Shown here one piece after another: positions 1 through 11,781 of a stretch of DNA of 64,000 nt. Origin of the DNA: Escherichia coli (lineage in GTDB: Bacteria > Pseudomonadota > Gammaproteobacteria > Enterobacterales > Enterobacteriaceae); NCBI RefSeq assembly GCF_024502345.1, contig NZ_JALDNN010000001.1; one strand, given 5' to 3'. The notes below the pieces were generated by a model. The model did no database searches. It had not been told where the DNA came from and worked only from the letters and a program-made list of their open reading frames with translations. Both the position numbers and the translations under genes were made by a program. Position 1 is the first letter of the stretch. Every line of letters starts with the position of its first letter.

Positions 1-10
1 AGGAGACCTG

Positions 11-835
11 ATGATTTTGACTCCCATACGACGATATGGGGCGATGATTCTTATGTTACTCACTCTGGTGTTTTCGAGTGAGGTGTTAGCGAAGACGCAC
101 ACAACAACAGCGAGTCAAAAGTCCCACTTAACTAAAGCTAGTAATAAACAGGTAAGCAGTAAACAAGAGTATTCTCGCAATAGTGCAAAGAGTAGTTCAC
201 TTCCTGATTTGCGAAAATACCCTTCCGGAACACCAAGGAAAAAGGCGTTTCTCCGGACCGTAATGCCTTACATTACCAGCCAAAATGCAGCCATTACTGC
301 AGAACGTAACTGGCTGATTTCAAAACAGTATCAGGGCCAATGGTCACCTGCTGAGCGTGCGCGTCTGAAAGACATCGCCAAACGCTACAAGGTGAAGTGG
401 TCTGGTAATACGCGAAAAATCCCGTGGAATACCTTGCTTGAACGCGTAGACATTATCCCCACCAGTATGGTGGCGACGATGGCTGCAGCAGAAAGCGGTT
501 GGGGAACGTCGAAGCTGGCGCGCAACAACAACAATCTTTTCGGCATGAAATGCATGAAAGGACGTTGTACCAATGCGCCGGGTAAAGTGAAAGGGTACTC
601 ACAGTTTAGTTCTGTCAAAGAATCGGTGAGCGCCTATGTCACTAACCTCAATACGCACCCGGCTTACTCTTCGTTCCGTAAATCGCGTGCGCAGCTGCGT
701 AAAGCGGATCAGGAAGTGACTGCCACAGCGATGATTCACAAGCTGAAGGGCTACTCGACCAAAGGGAAGAGTTATAACAACTACCTGTTCGCAATGTACC
801 AGGATAACCAACGGTTAATCGCGGCGCATATGTAA
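11..835 (+). CDS. bax: Bax protein (putative glucosaminidase family), 274 aa
   Basis: Full-length 274-aa ORF with N-terminal signal-like segment; recognised as Bax; lies next to xylR as in E. coli synteny. Confidence 0.85.
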   Translation: MILTPIRRYGAMILMLLTLVFSSEVLAKTHTTTASQKSHLTKASNKQVSSKQEYSRNSAKSSSLPDLRKYPSGTPRKKAFLRTVMPYITSQNAAITAERNWLISKQYQGQWSPAERARLKDIAKRYKVKWSGNTRKIPWNTLLERVDIIPTSMVATMAAAESGWGTSKLARNNNNLFGMKCMKGRCTNAPGKVKGYSQFSSVKESVSAYVTNLNTHPAYSSFRKSRAQLRKADQEVTATAMIHKLKGYSTKGKSYNNYLFAMYQDNQRLIAAHM

Positions 836-849
836 TTGTATTTCCTCGA

Positions 850-919
850 GCCTTATCCGACTTGTCGGTCGGATAAGGCTTTTGATCGCATCAGGTGGTT
901 GTGCTGAGTTACCTGATGC
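850..919. repeat. Two REP-like palindromic hairpins (gccttatccgac/gtcggataaggc and gcatcaggt/acctgatgc) between convergent bax and xylR; probable bidirectional terminator
   Basis: Perfect 12-bp inverted repeat at 850-879 followed by TTTT, second 9-bp inverted repeat at 887-919. Confidence 0.5.
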
Positions 920-942
920 GACGCCGACAATTCTCATCATCG

Positions 943-2121
943 CTACAACATGACCTCGCTATTTACATCGCGATACTCTTTTGGCGTCGTGTCATATGCT
1001 TTTTTAAAAACAGAGTAGAAATATTGCAGCGATGGATAACCGCACATTTGCGATATCTCATTGATCGACAAGGTGGTTGAAATCAGCAGACTGCGCGCTT
1101 TCTCCAGCTTCTCGGCATGAATCATGGCATGGATGGTTTCACCCACCTCTTCTTTAAAACGCTTCTCAAGATTGGAGCGCGAGATCCCGACCGCATCGAG
1201 TACCTGATCCACTTTAATCCCTTTACAGGCGTGATTACGAATGTAATGCATGGCCTGAATAACGGCGGGATCGGTCAGCGAGCGGTAATCTGTTGAGCGC
1301 CGTTCAATGACGCGAACTGGTGGGACCAAAATTCGCTGTAGCGGCATTTCTTCTTTATCTAATAATCGATGCAACAGTTTTGCCGCCTGATAGCCCATTT
1401 GCCGCGCGCCCTGAGCGACCGAAGAAAGGGCGACACGCGACAGATAGCGGGTCAGTTCTTCGTTGTCGATGCCAATCACGCATAATTTTTCCGGTACGGG
1501 AATGTGTAGATGTTCACATACTTGCAGAATATGCCGCGCCCGGGCGTCAGTAACGGCAATAATCCCGGTTTGCGGTGGCAGCGTTTGTAGCCAGTCTGCC
1601 AGCCGATTTTGCGCGTGTTGCCAGTTCTCTGGCGCGGTTTCTAACCCCTGATAAACCACTCCGCGATACTTTTCTTCGGCGACAAGCTGACGAAATGCAT
1701 ATTCGCGTTCAGTGGCCCAACGTTTGCCGCTTGATTCCGGAAGACCATAAAAAGCAAAGCGGTTAACGCCTTTCTCTTTTAAATGCAAAAATGCGCTTTC
1801 AACCAGCGCATAGTTATCGGTGGCAATGTAATGAACGGGTGGGTAACTTTCTGCAAGGTGATACGAGCCGCCAACCCCAACAATGGGGACGTCGACATCA
1901 GCCAGCGCTTGCTCGATCTGTTTGTCGTCGAAGTCGGCAATGACGCCATCTCCTAACCAGTCCTTGATTTTATCAATGCGGGCGCGGAAATCTTCTTCAA
2001 TGAAAATATCCCATTCCGATTGTGACGCCTGTAAATATTCCCCTACGCCTTCTACTACCTGCCGGTCATAGGCTTTATTGGCATTGAACAGTAATGTGAT
2101 GCGGTGACGTTTAGTAAACAT
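943..2121 (-). CDS. xylR: Xylose operon transcriptional activator XylR (AraC-type HTH with periplasmic-binding-protein-like domain), 392 aa
   Basis: 392-aa ORF; C-terminal AraC-family HTH; last gene after xylFGH. Confidence 0.95.
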   Translation of the reverse strand: MFTKRHRITLLFNANKAYDRQVVEGVGEYLQASQSEWDIFIEEDFRARIDKIKDWLGDGVIADFDDKQIEQALADVDVPIVGVGGSYHLAESYPPVHYIATDNYALVESAFLHLKEKGVNRFAFYGLPESSGKRWATEREYAFRQLVAEEKYRGVVYQGLETAPENWQHAQNRLADWLQTLPPQTGIIAVTDARARHILQVCEHLHIPVPEKLCVIGIDNEELTRYLSRVALSSVAQGARQMGYQAAKLLHRLLDKEEMPLQRILVPPVRVIERRSTDYRSLTDPAVIQAMHYIRNHACKGIKVDQVLDAVGISRSNLEKRFKEEVGETIHAMIHAEKLEKARSLLISTTLSINEISQMCGYPSLQYFYSVFKKAYDTTPKEYRDVNSEVML

Positions 2122-2198
2122 GGTTCTTTTCCTGCTGAATCATGCAAAAACTCAAAACCGGTAATACGTTACCGGCTTTGAGAAAATTTTTATCAAAA

Positions 2199-3380
2199 TC
2201 AAGAACGGCGTTTGGTTGCGGAGTCCATCCATACTGCCAGCAACAGAATCGCACCTTTAACGATATACTGCCAGAAGGTCGGTACATCCATCATACTCAT
2301 GCCGTTATCCAGTGAAGCCATGATAAATGCCCCCATTACCGCTCCAGCCACGCTCCCGACACCGCCAGCCAGGCTGGTGCCGCCAATCACGCATGCTGCA
2401 ATTGCGTCCAGCTCGGCGATATTCCCCGCAGAAGGTGAACCAGCGCCAAGTCGAGAACTGAGGATTAATCCGGCGATGGCTACCATTAATCCGTTAATTG
2501 CGAACACGGCAAGTTTGGTGCGTTCAACGTTAATCCCGGAGAGCCGTGCTGCTTCCAGATTGCCGCCGATGGCATAAATGCGTCGTCCAAATGCCGTCCG
2601 CGTTGCCATAAACATTCCGCCGAGTAACAGCAACGTCAGCAGCAGAACAGGAGTGGGAACGCCACGGTAATCATTCAACAGCCAGATTGCGCCTAATACG
2701 ATGATAGCGGTTAAAGCCTGGCGACCGACTACTGCGGTAGAGGCCGGAGACTGCAAACCCAAAGCCTGACGGCGCATTCTTCCGCGCCATTGCCAACCAA
2801 CAAAAGCCATTAAGCCAAGCGCGCCAATGATGAAGCCGGTGCTGGCGGGGAGATAGCTTTGCCCAATTTGTGACATCGCGGCGCTGGTGGGGGATACAGT
2901 CGTGCCGTTGGTGATGCCAATGAGTATGCCGCGAAATGCCAACATGCCCGCGAGAGTGACAATAAATGAAGGGACTTTGCGGTACGCGACCCACCATCCG
3001 TTCCAGGCACCGAGAAGCAGTCCCAGAACCAACGTCACAATGATGGTAAGTGGCAAAGGCCAGCCTAGCCAGACGTCACAAATCGCCGCGACGCCACCTA
3101 ATAGCCCCATCATTGAGCCGACGGAAAGGTCGATTTCAGCAGAAATTATGACGAACACCATTCCTACCGCGAGGATGCCGGTAATCGCGGTCTGGCGTAA
3201 CAGGTTGGAGACGTTACGGGCGCTTAAGTAGGCACCATCGGTGGTCCAGGTAAAGAACAGCATGATTGCGATGATAGCTGCAATCATCACGAAGACCTGC
3301 AAATTCAGTGATTTCAGCCCGGAGAAGCCACCGGATGTCGGTACGGCCAATTTCACTTCAGACGGATTGCTTTTCGACAT
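2199..3380 (-). CDS. xylH: Xylose ABC transporter permease XylH, 393 aa
   Basis: 393-aa highly hydrophobic multi-pass ORF; overlaps xylG stop region; operon context. Confidence 0.95.
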
Positions 3381-4899
3381 GATGTTCGCTCCTCAATGCG
3401 GCTTCCATCACCTGCTCCTGAGTCAGGTTATGATTTATCAGGTTGGCTTTTAGTTTCCCTTCATGCATCACTAGTACACGATCGCTAAGGCCGAGCACTT
3501 CAGGTAATTCGGAAGAGATGACAATAACGGCAATACCCTGCTGGACGAGTTGGTTAATTAATTTGTAGATCTCGTATTTCGCGCCAATATCGATACCCCT
3601 GGTGGGTTCATCAAGAATGAGAATGCGCGGGTTAAGTAACAGACAGCGAGCGAGGATCGCTTTTTGCTGATTGCCGCCGCTCAAACGTCCAATAGCAAGG
3701 TCGGGGGACGACGTTTTAACTTTGAGTTGCTGGATTGATTCCAGAATACATTTTTGCTCTGCCGCGTCATCAAGCTGGCTAATGCCACCGGTAAATTTAT
3801 TGAGTGCGGCGAGGGTAATATTTTTACCAGCCGCCATTACCGGAACGATGCCGTCGCGCTTTCTGTCTTCGGGGACCATCGCAATCCCCTGGGCGATGGC
3901 TTGCTGACAGTTACGAATATCTACCTGTTTGCCATCAATATAAATTTTTCCTTCCCATTGTCCGGGCCACACACCAAACAGGCACTGAATGGTCTCGGTA
4001 CGTCCGGCACCAACGAGTCCGGCAATACCCAGTATTTCGCCACGTTTCAGGGAAAACGAGACATCATTAACTCGTTTAATATGACGATTAACCGGATGCC
4101 ATGCCGTCAGATGTTCAATACGTAATATTTCATCTCCGGTGGTATGTGGTTCATTAGGGTAAAGCGCGGTTAACTCTCGCCCGACCATCATGGTGATAAT
4201 ATCGTCTTCACTCATTCCGGCAGCATCACGCGTACCAATGTGCTGTCCGTCGCGAATAACGCAAATCGTATCGGAAATCGCTTTGACTTCGTTGAGTTTG
4301 TGCGAAATATAAATACAGGCGATACCGTGCTGTTGTAGATCGCGAATAATATCCAGTAAAACCGACGTTTCCTGCTCAGTTAATGAGGCTGTCGGTTCAT
4401 CGAGAATTAACAAGCGCACCTGTTTATTAAGTGCCTTGGCAATTTCAACCAGTTGTTGTTGCCCAAGCCCTAAATCGCCAACGCGGGTATCAGGTGAAAT
4501 GGATAAACTGACCTGTGCGAGCAGCTTCTGACAGCGTAGCGTCATCAGGTCATAATCCATAATGCCATTGTGGGTTATTTCGTTACCCAGGAAGATATTT
4601 TCCAGCACGGTCAATTCTTTCACCAGGGCCAATTCCTGGTGAATGATGGCGATACCTTTGCGTTCGGTATCGCGGATGTGACTCGCCTGAATCTCTTCTC
4701 CCGCAAAAATAATTTCGCCTTCGTAGGAGCCATGGGGATAAATACCACACAGCACTTTCATCAGCGTTGATTTACCAGACCCATTTTCCCCACAGAGTGA
4801 GACGATTTCGCCAGCATTCAACCGCAAGCTGACGTTATCAATCGCCTTCACACTGCCGAAGGTTTTGGTAATGTTCTTCATTTCAAGTAGATAAGGCAT
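3358..4899 (-). CDS. xylG: Xylose ABC transporter ATP-binding protein XylG (duplicated ABC domains), 513 aa
   Basis: 513-aa ORF with two Walker A motifs ([18 protein letters not shown]) and LSGG signature motifs. Confidence 0.95.
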
Positions 4900-4976
4900 A
4901 ACGACTCCACCTAAGCCAATTCATTCACGCGGCATGGAGAGAAATCACGCCCCCGCTCCGCGCCGGGGCGTAACGC

Positions 4977-5969
4977 TTACAGCTCGCTCTCTTTGTGGAA
5001 TCCGTCTTTAACTACCGTGTCTTTGATGTTGTTTTTATTCACATCGATCGGTGTCAGGAGGCGGGAGGGCACATCTTTCAGGCCATTATTCAGTGTGGTA
5101 TCTGCTTTTGGTTCCTGACCATTGCCCAACTCAACGGCAATTTCTGCGGCAGTATTTGCCAGCAATGTAATAGGTTTATACACCGTCATAGTTTGCGTAC
5201 CGGCAGCAATACGTTTAATACCTGCGAGATCCGCATCCTGGCCGGAAATTGCTACTTTCCCTGATAAACCTTGCGCGCTTAATGCCTGAATTGCCCCACC
5301 TGCGGTGGCATCGTTTGAGGCAACTACAGCATCAATTTTGTTATTATTGGCGGTTAGCGCGTTTTCCATAATTTTCAATGCGTTTTCCGGTAACCAGCCA
5401 TCAACCCATTGGTCACCAACGACTTTAATTTTTCCGGAATCAACGTAAGGTTTTAACACTTTCATTTGTCCGGCGCGGAACAGCTTGGCGTTGTTATCTA
5501 CCGGCGAGCCGCCCATCAGGAAGTAATTACCTTGCGGAACAATATCGACCAGGGCTTTTGCCTGCAGTTCACCGACTTTTTCGTTATCGAAAGAAATATA
5601 AAAATCGATATCCGCATCGTTAATCATACGGTCGTAAGCTAATACTTTAATGCCTTCTTGTTTGGCTTCTTTTACAACGTTACTTAATACCTGACCGTTA
5701 TACGGAATAATGACAAGAACATCGACACCCCGGTTAATCATGTTTTCAATCTGCGACATTTGTGTTTCTTCATTGCCATTTGCAGACTGTACAAATACTT
5801 TCGCGCCGAGAGATTCTGCCTTTTTCACAAAAATATCTCGATCTTTTTGCCAGCGTTCAAGACGGAGATCATCAATCGCCATACCTATTTTGACTTCTTT
5901 GGCGTGTGCCGCAACGTTGGTAAGCAGAAGTGAGGTGCAAAGGGTGAGTAGAATGTTCTTTATTTTCAT
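4977..5969 (-). CDS. xylF: D-xylose-binding periplasmic protein XylF, 330 aa
   Basis: ORF track gives 356 aa; start placed at internal Met (MKIKNILLTL...) giving signal peptide and 330 aa. Confidence 0.93.
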   Translation of the reverse strand: MKIKNILLTLCTSLLLTNVAAHAKEVKIGMAIDDLRLERWQKDRDIFVKKAESLGAKVFVQSANGNEETQMSQIENMINRGVDVLVIIPYNGQVLSNVVKEAKQEGIKVLAYDRMINDADIDFYISFDNEKVGELQAKALVDIVPQGNYFLMGGSPVDNNAKLFRAGQMKVLKPYVDSGKIKVVGDQWVDGWLPENALKIMENALTANNNKIDAVVASNDATAGGAIQALSAQGLSGKVAISGQDADLAGIKRIAAGTQTMTVYKPITLLANTAAEIAVELGNGQEPKADTTLNNGLKDVPSRLLTPIDVNKNNIKDTVVKDGFHKESEL

Positions 5970-6334
5970 GGTGTAGGGCCTTCTGTAGTTAGAGGACAGC
6001 TTTAATAAGTAACAATCACCGCGATAAACGTAACCAATTTTTAGCAACTAAACAGGGGAAAACAATTACAGATTTTTATCTTTCGATTACGATTTTTGGT
6101 TTATTTCTTGATTTATGACCGAGATCTTACTTTTGTTGCGCAATTGTACTTATTGCATTTTTATCTTCGAGGAATTACCCAGTTTCATCATCCCATTTTA
6201 TTTTGCGAGCGAGCGCACACTTGTGAATTATCTCAATAGCAGTGTGAAATAACATAATTGAGCAACTGAAAGGGAGTGCCCAATATTACGACATCATCCA
6301 TCACCCGCGGCATTACCTGATTATGGAGTTCAAT
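5970..6334. promoter_or_regulatory. Divergent xylF / xylA control region (XylR and CRP-dependent promoters)
   Basis: 365-bp AT-rich intergenic region between divergent xylF and xylA; CRP-like half sites tgtga-N6-tcaat near 6222-6237; exact XylR sites not resolved by eye. Confidence 0.6.
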
Positions 6335-7657
6335 ATGCAAGCCTATTTTGACCAGCTCGATCGCGTTCGTTATGAAGGCTCAAAATCCTCAAACCCGTTA
6401 GCATTCCGTCACTACAATCCCGACGAACTGGTGTTGGGTAAGCGTATGGAAGAGCACTTGCGTTTTGCCGCCTGCTACTGGCACACCTTCTGCTGGAACG
6501 GGGCGGACATGTTTGGTGTGGGGGCGTTTAATCGTCCGTGGCAGCAGCCTGGTGAGGCACTGGCGTTGGCGAAGCGTAAAGCAGATGTCGCATTTGAGTT
6601 TTTCCACAAGTTACATGTGCCATTTTATTGCTTCCACGATGTGGATGTTTCCCCTGAGGGCGCGTCGTTAAAAGAGTACATCAATAATTTTGCGCAAATG
6701 GTTGATGTCCTGGCAGCCAAGCAAGAAGAGAGCGGCGTGAAGCTGCTGTGGGGAACCGCTAACTGCTTTACAAACCCTCGCTATGGCGCGGGTGCGGCGA
6801 CGAACCCAGATCCTGAAGTCTTCAGCTGGGCGGCAACGCAAGTTGTTACAGCGATGGAAGCAACCCATAAATTGGGCGGTGAAAACTATGTCCTGTGGGG
6901 TGGTCGTGAAGGTTACGAAACGCTGTTAAATACCGACTTGCGTCAGGAGCGTGAACAACTGGGCCGCTTTATGCAGATGGTGGTTGAGCATAAACATAAA
7001 ATCGGCTTCCAGGGCACGTTGCTTATCGAACCGAAACCGCAAGAACCGACTAAACATCAATATGATTACGATGCCGCGACGGTCTATGGCTTCCTGAAAC
7101 AGTTTGGTCTGGAAAAAGAGATTAAACTGAACATTGAAGCTAACCACGCGACGCTGGCAGGTCACTCTTTCCATCATGAAATAGCCACCGCCATTGCGCT
7201 TGGCCTGTTCGGTTCTGTCGACGCCAACCGTGGCGATGCGCAACTGGGCTGGGACACCGACCAGTTCCCGAACAGTGTGGAAGAGAATGCGCTGGTGATG
7301 TATGAAATTCTCAAAGCAGGCGGTTTCACCACCGGTGGTCTGAACTTCGATGCCAAAGTACGTCGTCAAAGTACTGATAAATATGATCTGTTTTACGGTC
7401 ATATCGGCGCGATGGATACGATGGCACTGGCGCTGAAAATTGCAGCGCGCATGATTGAAGATGGCGAGCTGGATAAACGCATCGCGCAGCGTTATTCCGG
7501 CTGGAATAGCGAATTGGGCCAGCAAATCCTGAAAGGCCAAATGTCACTGGCAGATTTAGCCAAATATGCTCAGGAACATAATTTGTCTCCGGTGCATCAG
7601 AGTGGTCGCCAGGAGCAACTGGAAAATCTGGTAAATCATTATCTGTTCGACAAATAA
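6335..7657 (+). CDS. xylA: Xylose isomerase XylA, 440 aa
   Basis: Start at MQAYFDQ with tggag RBS 7 nt upstream; protein is unmistakable xylose isomerase ([11 protein letters not shown] motifs). Confidence 0.95.
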   Translation: MQAYFDQLDRVRYEGSKSSNPLAFRHYNPDELVLGKRMEEHLRFAACYWHTFCWNGADMFGVGAFNRPWQQPGEALALAKRKADVAFEFFHKLHVPFYCFHDVDVSPEGASLKEYINNFAQMVDVLAAKQEESGVKLLWGTANCFTNPRYGAGAATNPDPEVFSWAATQVVTAMEATHKLGGENYVLWGGREGYETLLNTDLRQEREQLGRFMQMVVEHKHKIGFQGTLLIEPKPQEPTKHQYDYDAATVYGFLKQFGLEKEIKLNIEANHATLAGHSFHHEIATAIALGLFGSVDANRGDAQLGWDTDQFPNSVEENALVMYEILKAGGFTTGGLNFDAKVRRQSTDKYDLFYGHIGAMDTMALALKIAARMIEDGELDKRIAQRYSGWNSELGQQILKGQMSLADLAKYAQEHNLSPVHQSGRQEQLENLVNHYLFDK

Positions 7658-7728
7658 CGGCTAACTGTGCAGTCCGTTGGCCCGGTTATCGGTAGCGATA
7701 CCGGGCATTTTTTTAAGGAACGATCGAT

Positions 7729-9183
7729 ATGTATATCGGGATAGATCTTGGCACCTCGGGCGTAAAAGTTATTTTGCTCAACGAGCAGGGTGAGGTGGTT
7801 GCTTCGCAAACGGAAAAGCTGACCGTTTCGCGCCCGCATCCACTCTGGTCGGAACAAGACCCGGAACAGTGGTGGCAGGCAACTGATCGCGCAATGAAAG
7901 CTCTGGGCGATCAGCATTCTCTGCAGGACGTTAAAGCATTGGGTATTGCCGGCCAGATGCATGGAGCAACCTTACTGGATGCTCAACAACGGGTATTGCG
8001 CCCTGCCATTTTGTGGAACGACGGGCGCTGTGCGCAAGAGTGCACTTTGCTGGAAGCGAGAGTTCCGCAATCACGAGTGATTACCGGCAACCTGATGATG
8101 CCCGGATTTACTGCGCCTAAATTGCTATGGGTTCAGCGGCATGAGCCGGAGATATTCCGTCAAATCGACAAAGTATTATTACCGAAAGATTACTTGCGTC
8201 TGCGTATGACGGGGGAGTTTGCCAGCGATATGTCTGACGCAGCTGGCACCATGTGGCTGGATGTCGCAAAGCGTGACTGGAGTGACGTCATGCTGCAGGC
8301 TTGCGACTTATCTCGTGACCAGATGCCCGCATTATACGAAGGCAGCGAAATTACTGGTGCTTTGTTACCTGAAGTTGCGAAAGCGTGGGGTATGGCGACG
8401 GTGCCAGTTGTCGCAGGCGGTGGCGACAATGCAGCTGGTGCAGTTGGTGTGGGAATGGTTGATGCTAATCAGGCAATGTTATCGCTGGGGACGTCGGGGG
8501 TCTATTTTGCTGTCAGCGAAGGGTTCTTAAGCAAGCCAGAAAGCGCTGTACACAGCTTTTGCCATGCGCTACCGCAGCGTTGGCATTTAATGTCTGTAAT
8601 GCTGAGTGCAGCATCGTGTCTGGATTGGGTCGCGAAATTAACCGGCCTGTGCAATGTCCCAGCTTTAATCGCTGCAGCTCAACAGGCTGATGAAAGTGCC
8701 GAGCCAGTTTGGTTTCTGCCTTATCTTTCCGGCGAGCGTACACCACACAATAATCCCCAGGCGAAGGGGGTTTTCTTTGGTTTGACTCATCAACATGGCC
8801 CCAATGAACTGGCGCGAGCAGTGCTGGAAGGCGTGGGTTATGCGCTGGCAGATGGCATGGATGTCGTGCATGCCTGCGGCATTAAACCGCAAAGTGTTAC
8901 GTTGATTGGTGGCGGGGCGCGTAGTGAGTACTGGCGTCAGATGCTGGCGGATATCAGCGGTCAGCAGCTCGATTACCGTACGGGGGGGGATGTGGGGCCA
9001 GCACTGGGCGCAGCAAGGCTGGCGCAGATTGCGGCGAATCCAGAGAAATCGCTCATTGAGTTGTTGCCGCAGCTACCGTTAGAACAGTCGCATCTACCAG
9101 ATGCGCAGCGTTATGCCGCTTATCAGCCACGACGTGAAACGTTCCGTCGCCTCTATCAGCAACTTCTGCCATTAATGGCGTAA
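7729..9183 (+). CDS. xylB: Xylulokinase XylB, 484 aa
   Basis: 484-aa FGGY-family sugar kinase ORF immediately downstream of xylA. Confidence 0.95.
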   Translation: MYIGIDLGTSGVKVILLNEQGEVVASQTEKLTVSRPHPLWSEQDPEQWWQATDRAMKALGDQHSLQDVKALGIAGQMHGATLLDAQQRVLRPAILWNDGRCAQECTLLEARVPQSRVITGNLMMPGFTAPKLLWVQRHEPEIFRQIDKVLLPKDYLRLRMTGEFASDMSDAAGTMWLDVAKRDWSDVMLQACDLSRDQMPALYEGSEITGALLPEVAKAWGMATVPVVAGGGDNAAGAVGVGMVDANQAMLSLGTSGVYFAVSEGFLSKPESAVHSFCHALPQRWHLMSVMLSAASCLDWVAKLTGLCNVPALIAAAQQADESAEPVWFLPYLSGERTPHNNPQAKGVFFGLTHQHGPNELARAVLEGVGYALADGMDVVHACGIKPQSVTLIGGGARSEYWRQMLADISGQQLDYRTGGDVGPALGAARLAQIAANPEKSLIELLPQLPLEQSHLPDAQRYAAYQPRRETFRRLYQQLLPLMA

Positions 9184-9351
9184 ACGTTATCCCCTGCCTG
9201 ACCGGGTGGGGGATAATTCACATCTATATATCTCACTAATTAATTAATATTTAGTATGAATTTATTCTGAAAATCATTTGTTAATGGCATTTTTCAGTTT
9301 TGTCTTTCGTTGGTTACTCGTAATGTATCGCTGGTAGATATGGAGATCGTT

Positions 9352-9693
9352 ATGAAAACCTCAAAAACTGTGGCAAAACTATTATTTGTTGTCGGGGCGC
9401 TGGTTTATCTGGTTGGGCTATGGATCTCATGCCCATTGTTGAGTGGAAAAGGCTATTTTCTTGGCGTGTTAATGACAGCAACTTTTGGCAACTATGCATA
9501 TCTTCGCGCAGAAAAACTCGGGCAATTGGATAATTTTTTTACCCATATTTGCCAGTTAGTTGCGTTAATCACTATCGGTCTCTTGTTTATCGGTGTTTTA
9601 AATGCACCTATCAATGCTTATGAAATGGTGATCTACCCCATCGCCTTTTTTGTCTGCTTGTTTGGTCAAATGCGTTTGTTTCGCTCGGTATGA
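9352..9693 (+). CDS. yiaB: Small inner-membrane protein YiaB (YiaAB two-helix family), 113 aa
   Basis: Start chosen at MKTSKTVAKLL with ggag RBS; ORF track start 9310 probably too far upstream. Confidence 0.8.
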   Translation: MKTSKTVAKLLFVVGALVYLVGLWISCPLLSGKGYFLGVLMTATFGNYAYLRAEKLGQLDNFFTHICQLVALITIGLLFIGVLNAPINAYEMVIYPIAFFVCLFGQMRLFRSV

Positions 9694-9738
9694 GCAACAT
9701 AAAGCTCTTACACATTCAGGAATGAAAGGAATACTGTG

Positions 9739-10176
9739 ATGGACAACAAAATATCAACCTATTCACCCGCCTTTAGTATTGTGTCATGGATAGCTCTCGT
9801 TGGTGGTATCGTTACCTATCTGTTAGGGCTATGGAATGCAGAGATGCAGTTAAATGAAAAAGGGTATTATTTTGCCGTACTGGTGTTAGGACTGTTTTCT
9901 GCTGCGTCTTATCAAAAGACCGTTCGGGACAAGTATGAAGGCATACCGACCACTTCCATTTATTATATGACCTGCCTGACTGTCTTTATTATCTCTGTTG
10001 CATTACTGATGGTAGGTCTGTGGAATGCGACATTATTACTCAGTGAAAAAGGTTTTTATGGACTGGCTTTCTTCTTAAGCTTGTTTGGTGCAGTAGCGGT
10101 GCAGAAGAATATTCGTGATGCCGGAATAAACCCGCCAAAAGAAACACAGGTTACCCAGGAAGAATACAGCGAATAA
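9739..10176 (+). CDS. yiaA: Small inner-membrane protein YiaA (two YiaAB repeats), 145 aa
   Basis: ATG at 9739 (ORF track begins at GTG 9736); contains two copies of the GLWNA...EKG(Y/F)Y module. Confidence 0.8.
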
Positions 10177-10217
10177 TTCACGTAAGCCCGGTCAGTCCAA
10201 TGTGAACGGGCTTTTAC

Positions 10218-11213
10218 TTAACTCACTAATCTGTTTCTGTCGATTCGTTGTACCAGCATAGAAAGTAACAAACTCGCTGCCAACGTCGCGCAAAAGATCC
10301 AAATAATATCCAGTATTGGCCAATTTTTAAGCTCAATTCCCCGGGTGCGCAGCGCATGGATAATCAAGGCGTGGAATCCGTATATACCCAATGAATGGCG
10401 GGAGATTAAGCCAAGTCCGCGAATGGTACGCGTATCCAGCGTGTTTTTAACCAGAGTCAATAGCGCGATTGCGCAGATAAAAACCATCGGCCCACAGTAA
10501 AGATACCAGGTATCGGCAAAATTTCCGCGCCACTGCAATTCATATAATGTCCCGCGAGAGATAATAAAAACCCCCGTCGCAAACAGCGCGGCGCTCACCC
10601 ACGACAGTGCTTTATGCTGTGTGTCCATCATCCCTATAGCGCGGCCCAACATGCCATACAGAATGTAGTAAAAAGTATCGCCATTGATATATAAGTTAAT
10701 TGGCAGCCATTCAAAACCGTCAATTTTCTGCGGCACTGTGTTTGGGTTAGCGATAATGCCAATCACCGCCATTAGCACCAGCAACATTTTTCCGCCGACG
10801 TTCTTCACCTGAATCAGCGGTGAAACCAGATAAATCACCGCAATCGCGAAGAAAAACCACAAGTGGTAAAACACTGGCTTTTGCAGCAGGTTTTTCAGCG
10901 CTAACTCCATATTGATGGAGGTAAACAGCGCAATGTAGAGCAGTGCGATTGCGCTATAAAAAATCAGACATAAGCCGATACGCAAGAAATGGCGCGGCTG
11001 GGCGCTGCGTTCGCCAAAAAAGAGATAGCCGGAAATCATGAAAAATAGCGGCACGCTGACACGAGAGGCAGAATTCAGAACATTGGCGATATCCCATGTG
11101 ACGGGGCTAACACTATGAGCATTGGTCACATACCAGGTAGTGGTGTGAATCATCACCACCATTAAACACGCTATCCCTCGCAGGTTATCAATCCAGTAAA
11201 TTTTGGGCTGCAT
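10218..11213 (-). CDS. wecH: O-acetyltransferase WecH (acyltransferase-3 family membrane protein), 331 aa
   Basis: 331-aa polytopic membrane ORF; synteny between yiaA and ysaB. Confidence 0.85.
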
Positions 11214-11387
11214 CTGTGTCTCTGTATCTGGTTAAAAAAAGTCTGACCGATAAATCATTTGGTTGGCGCACTGGAATAATCTGAGTTTTATCACTACAGC
11301 TTATAGAGGCTTAAGGAAATTCGTAAGATATCAGCCACTATACCGATATAAATAATAAGACTCACCTGCAAACCAGACGGTAATTTA

Positions 11388-11687
11388 ATGATGATGAACG
11401 CTTTCTTTCCGGCAATGGCGCTTATGGTGCTAGTGGGTTGTTCTACACCGTCACCCGTGCAGAAAGCACAACGGGTAAAGGTTGATCCTCTGCGTTCGTT
11501 GAATATGGAAGCGTTATGCAAGGATCAGGCGGCAAAACGTTATAACACCGGCGAGCAAAAAATCGACGTCACCGCCTTCGAACAGTTCCAGGGAAGCTAT
11601 GAAATGCGCGGTTATACCTTCCGTAAAGAGCAGTTTGTCTGTTCTTTTGACGCAGATGGCCATTTTTTGCATCTTTCCATGCGTTAA
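11388..11687 (+). CDS. ysaB: Putative lipoprotein YsaB, 99 aa
   Basis: 99-aa ORF with lipoprotein signal (LVGCS lipobox). Confidence 0.75.
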   Translation: MMMNAFFPAMALMVLVGCSTPSPVQKAQRVKVDPLRSLNMEALCKDQAAKRYNTGEQKIDVTAFEQFQGSYEMRGYTFRKEQFVCSFDADGHFLHLSMR

Positions 11688-11781
11688 GCCCTGCTTTTTC
11701 CCGTTTCGTACTGTATATCTTCCATCCAGCGGGTATACTGATCCCTTCCTTTAAATCCACACGTATCCAGCACGAAATAAT

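Noticed and set aside
6926-7540. 204-aa minus-strand ORF inside xylA
   Set aside because: Antisense shadow ORF within the xylose isomerase gene.
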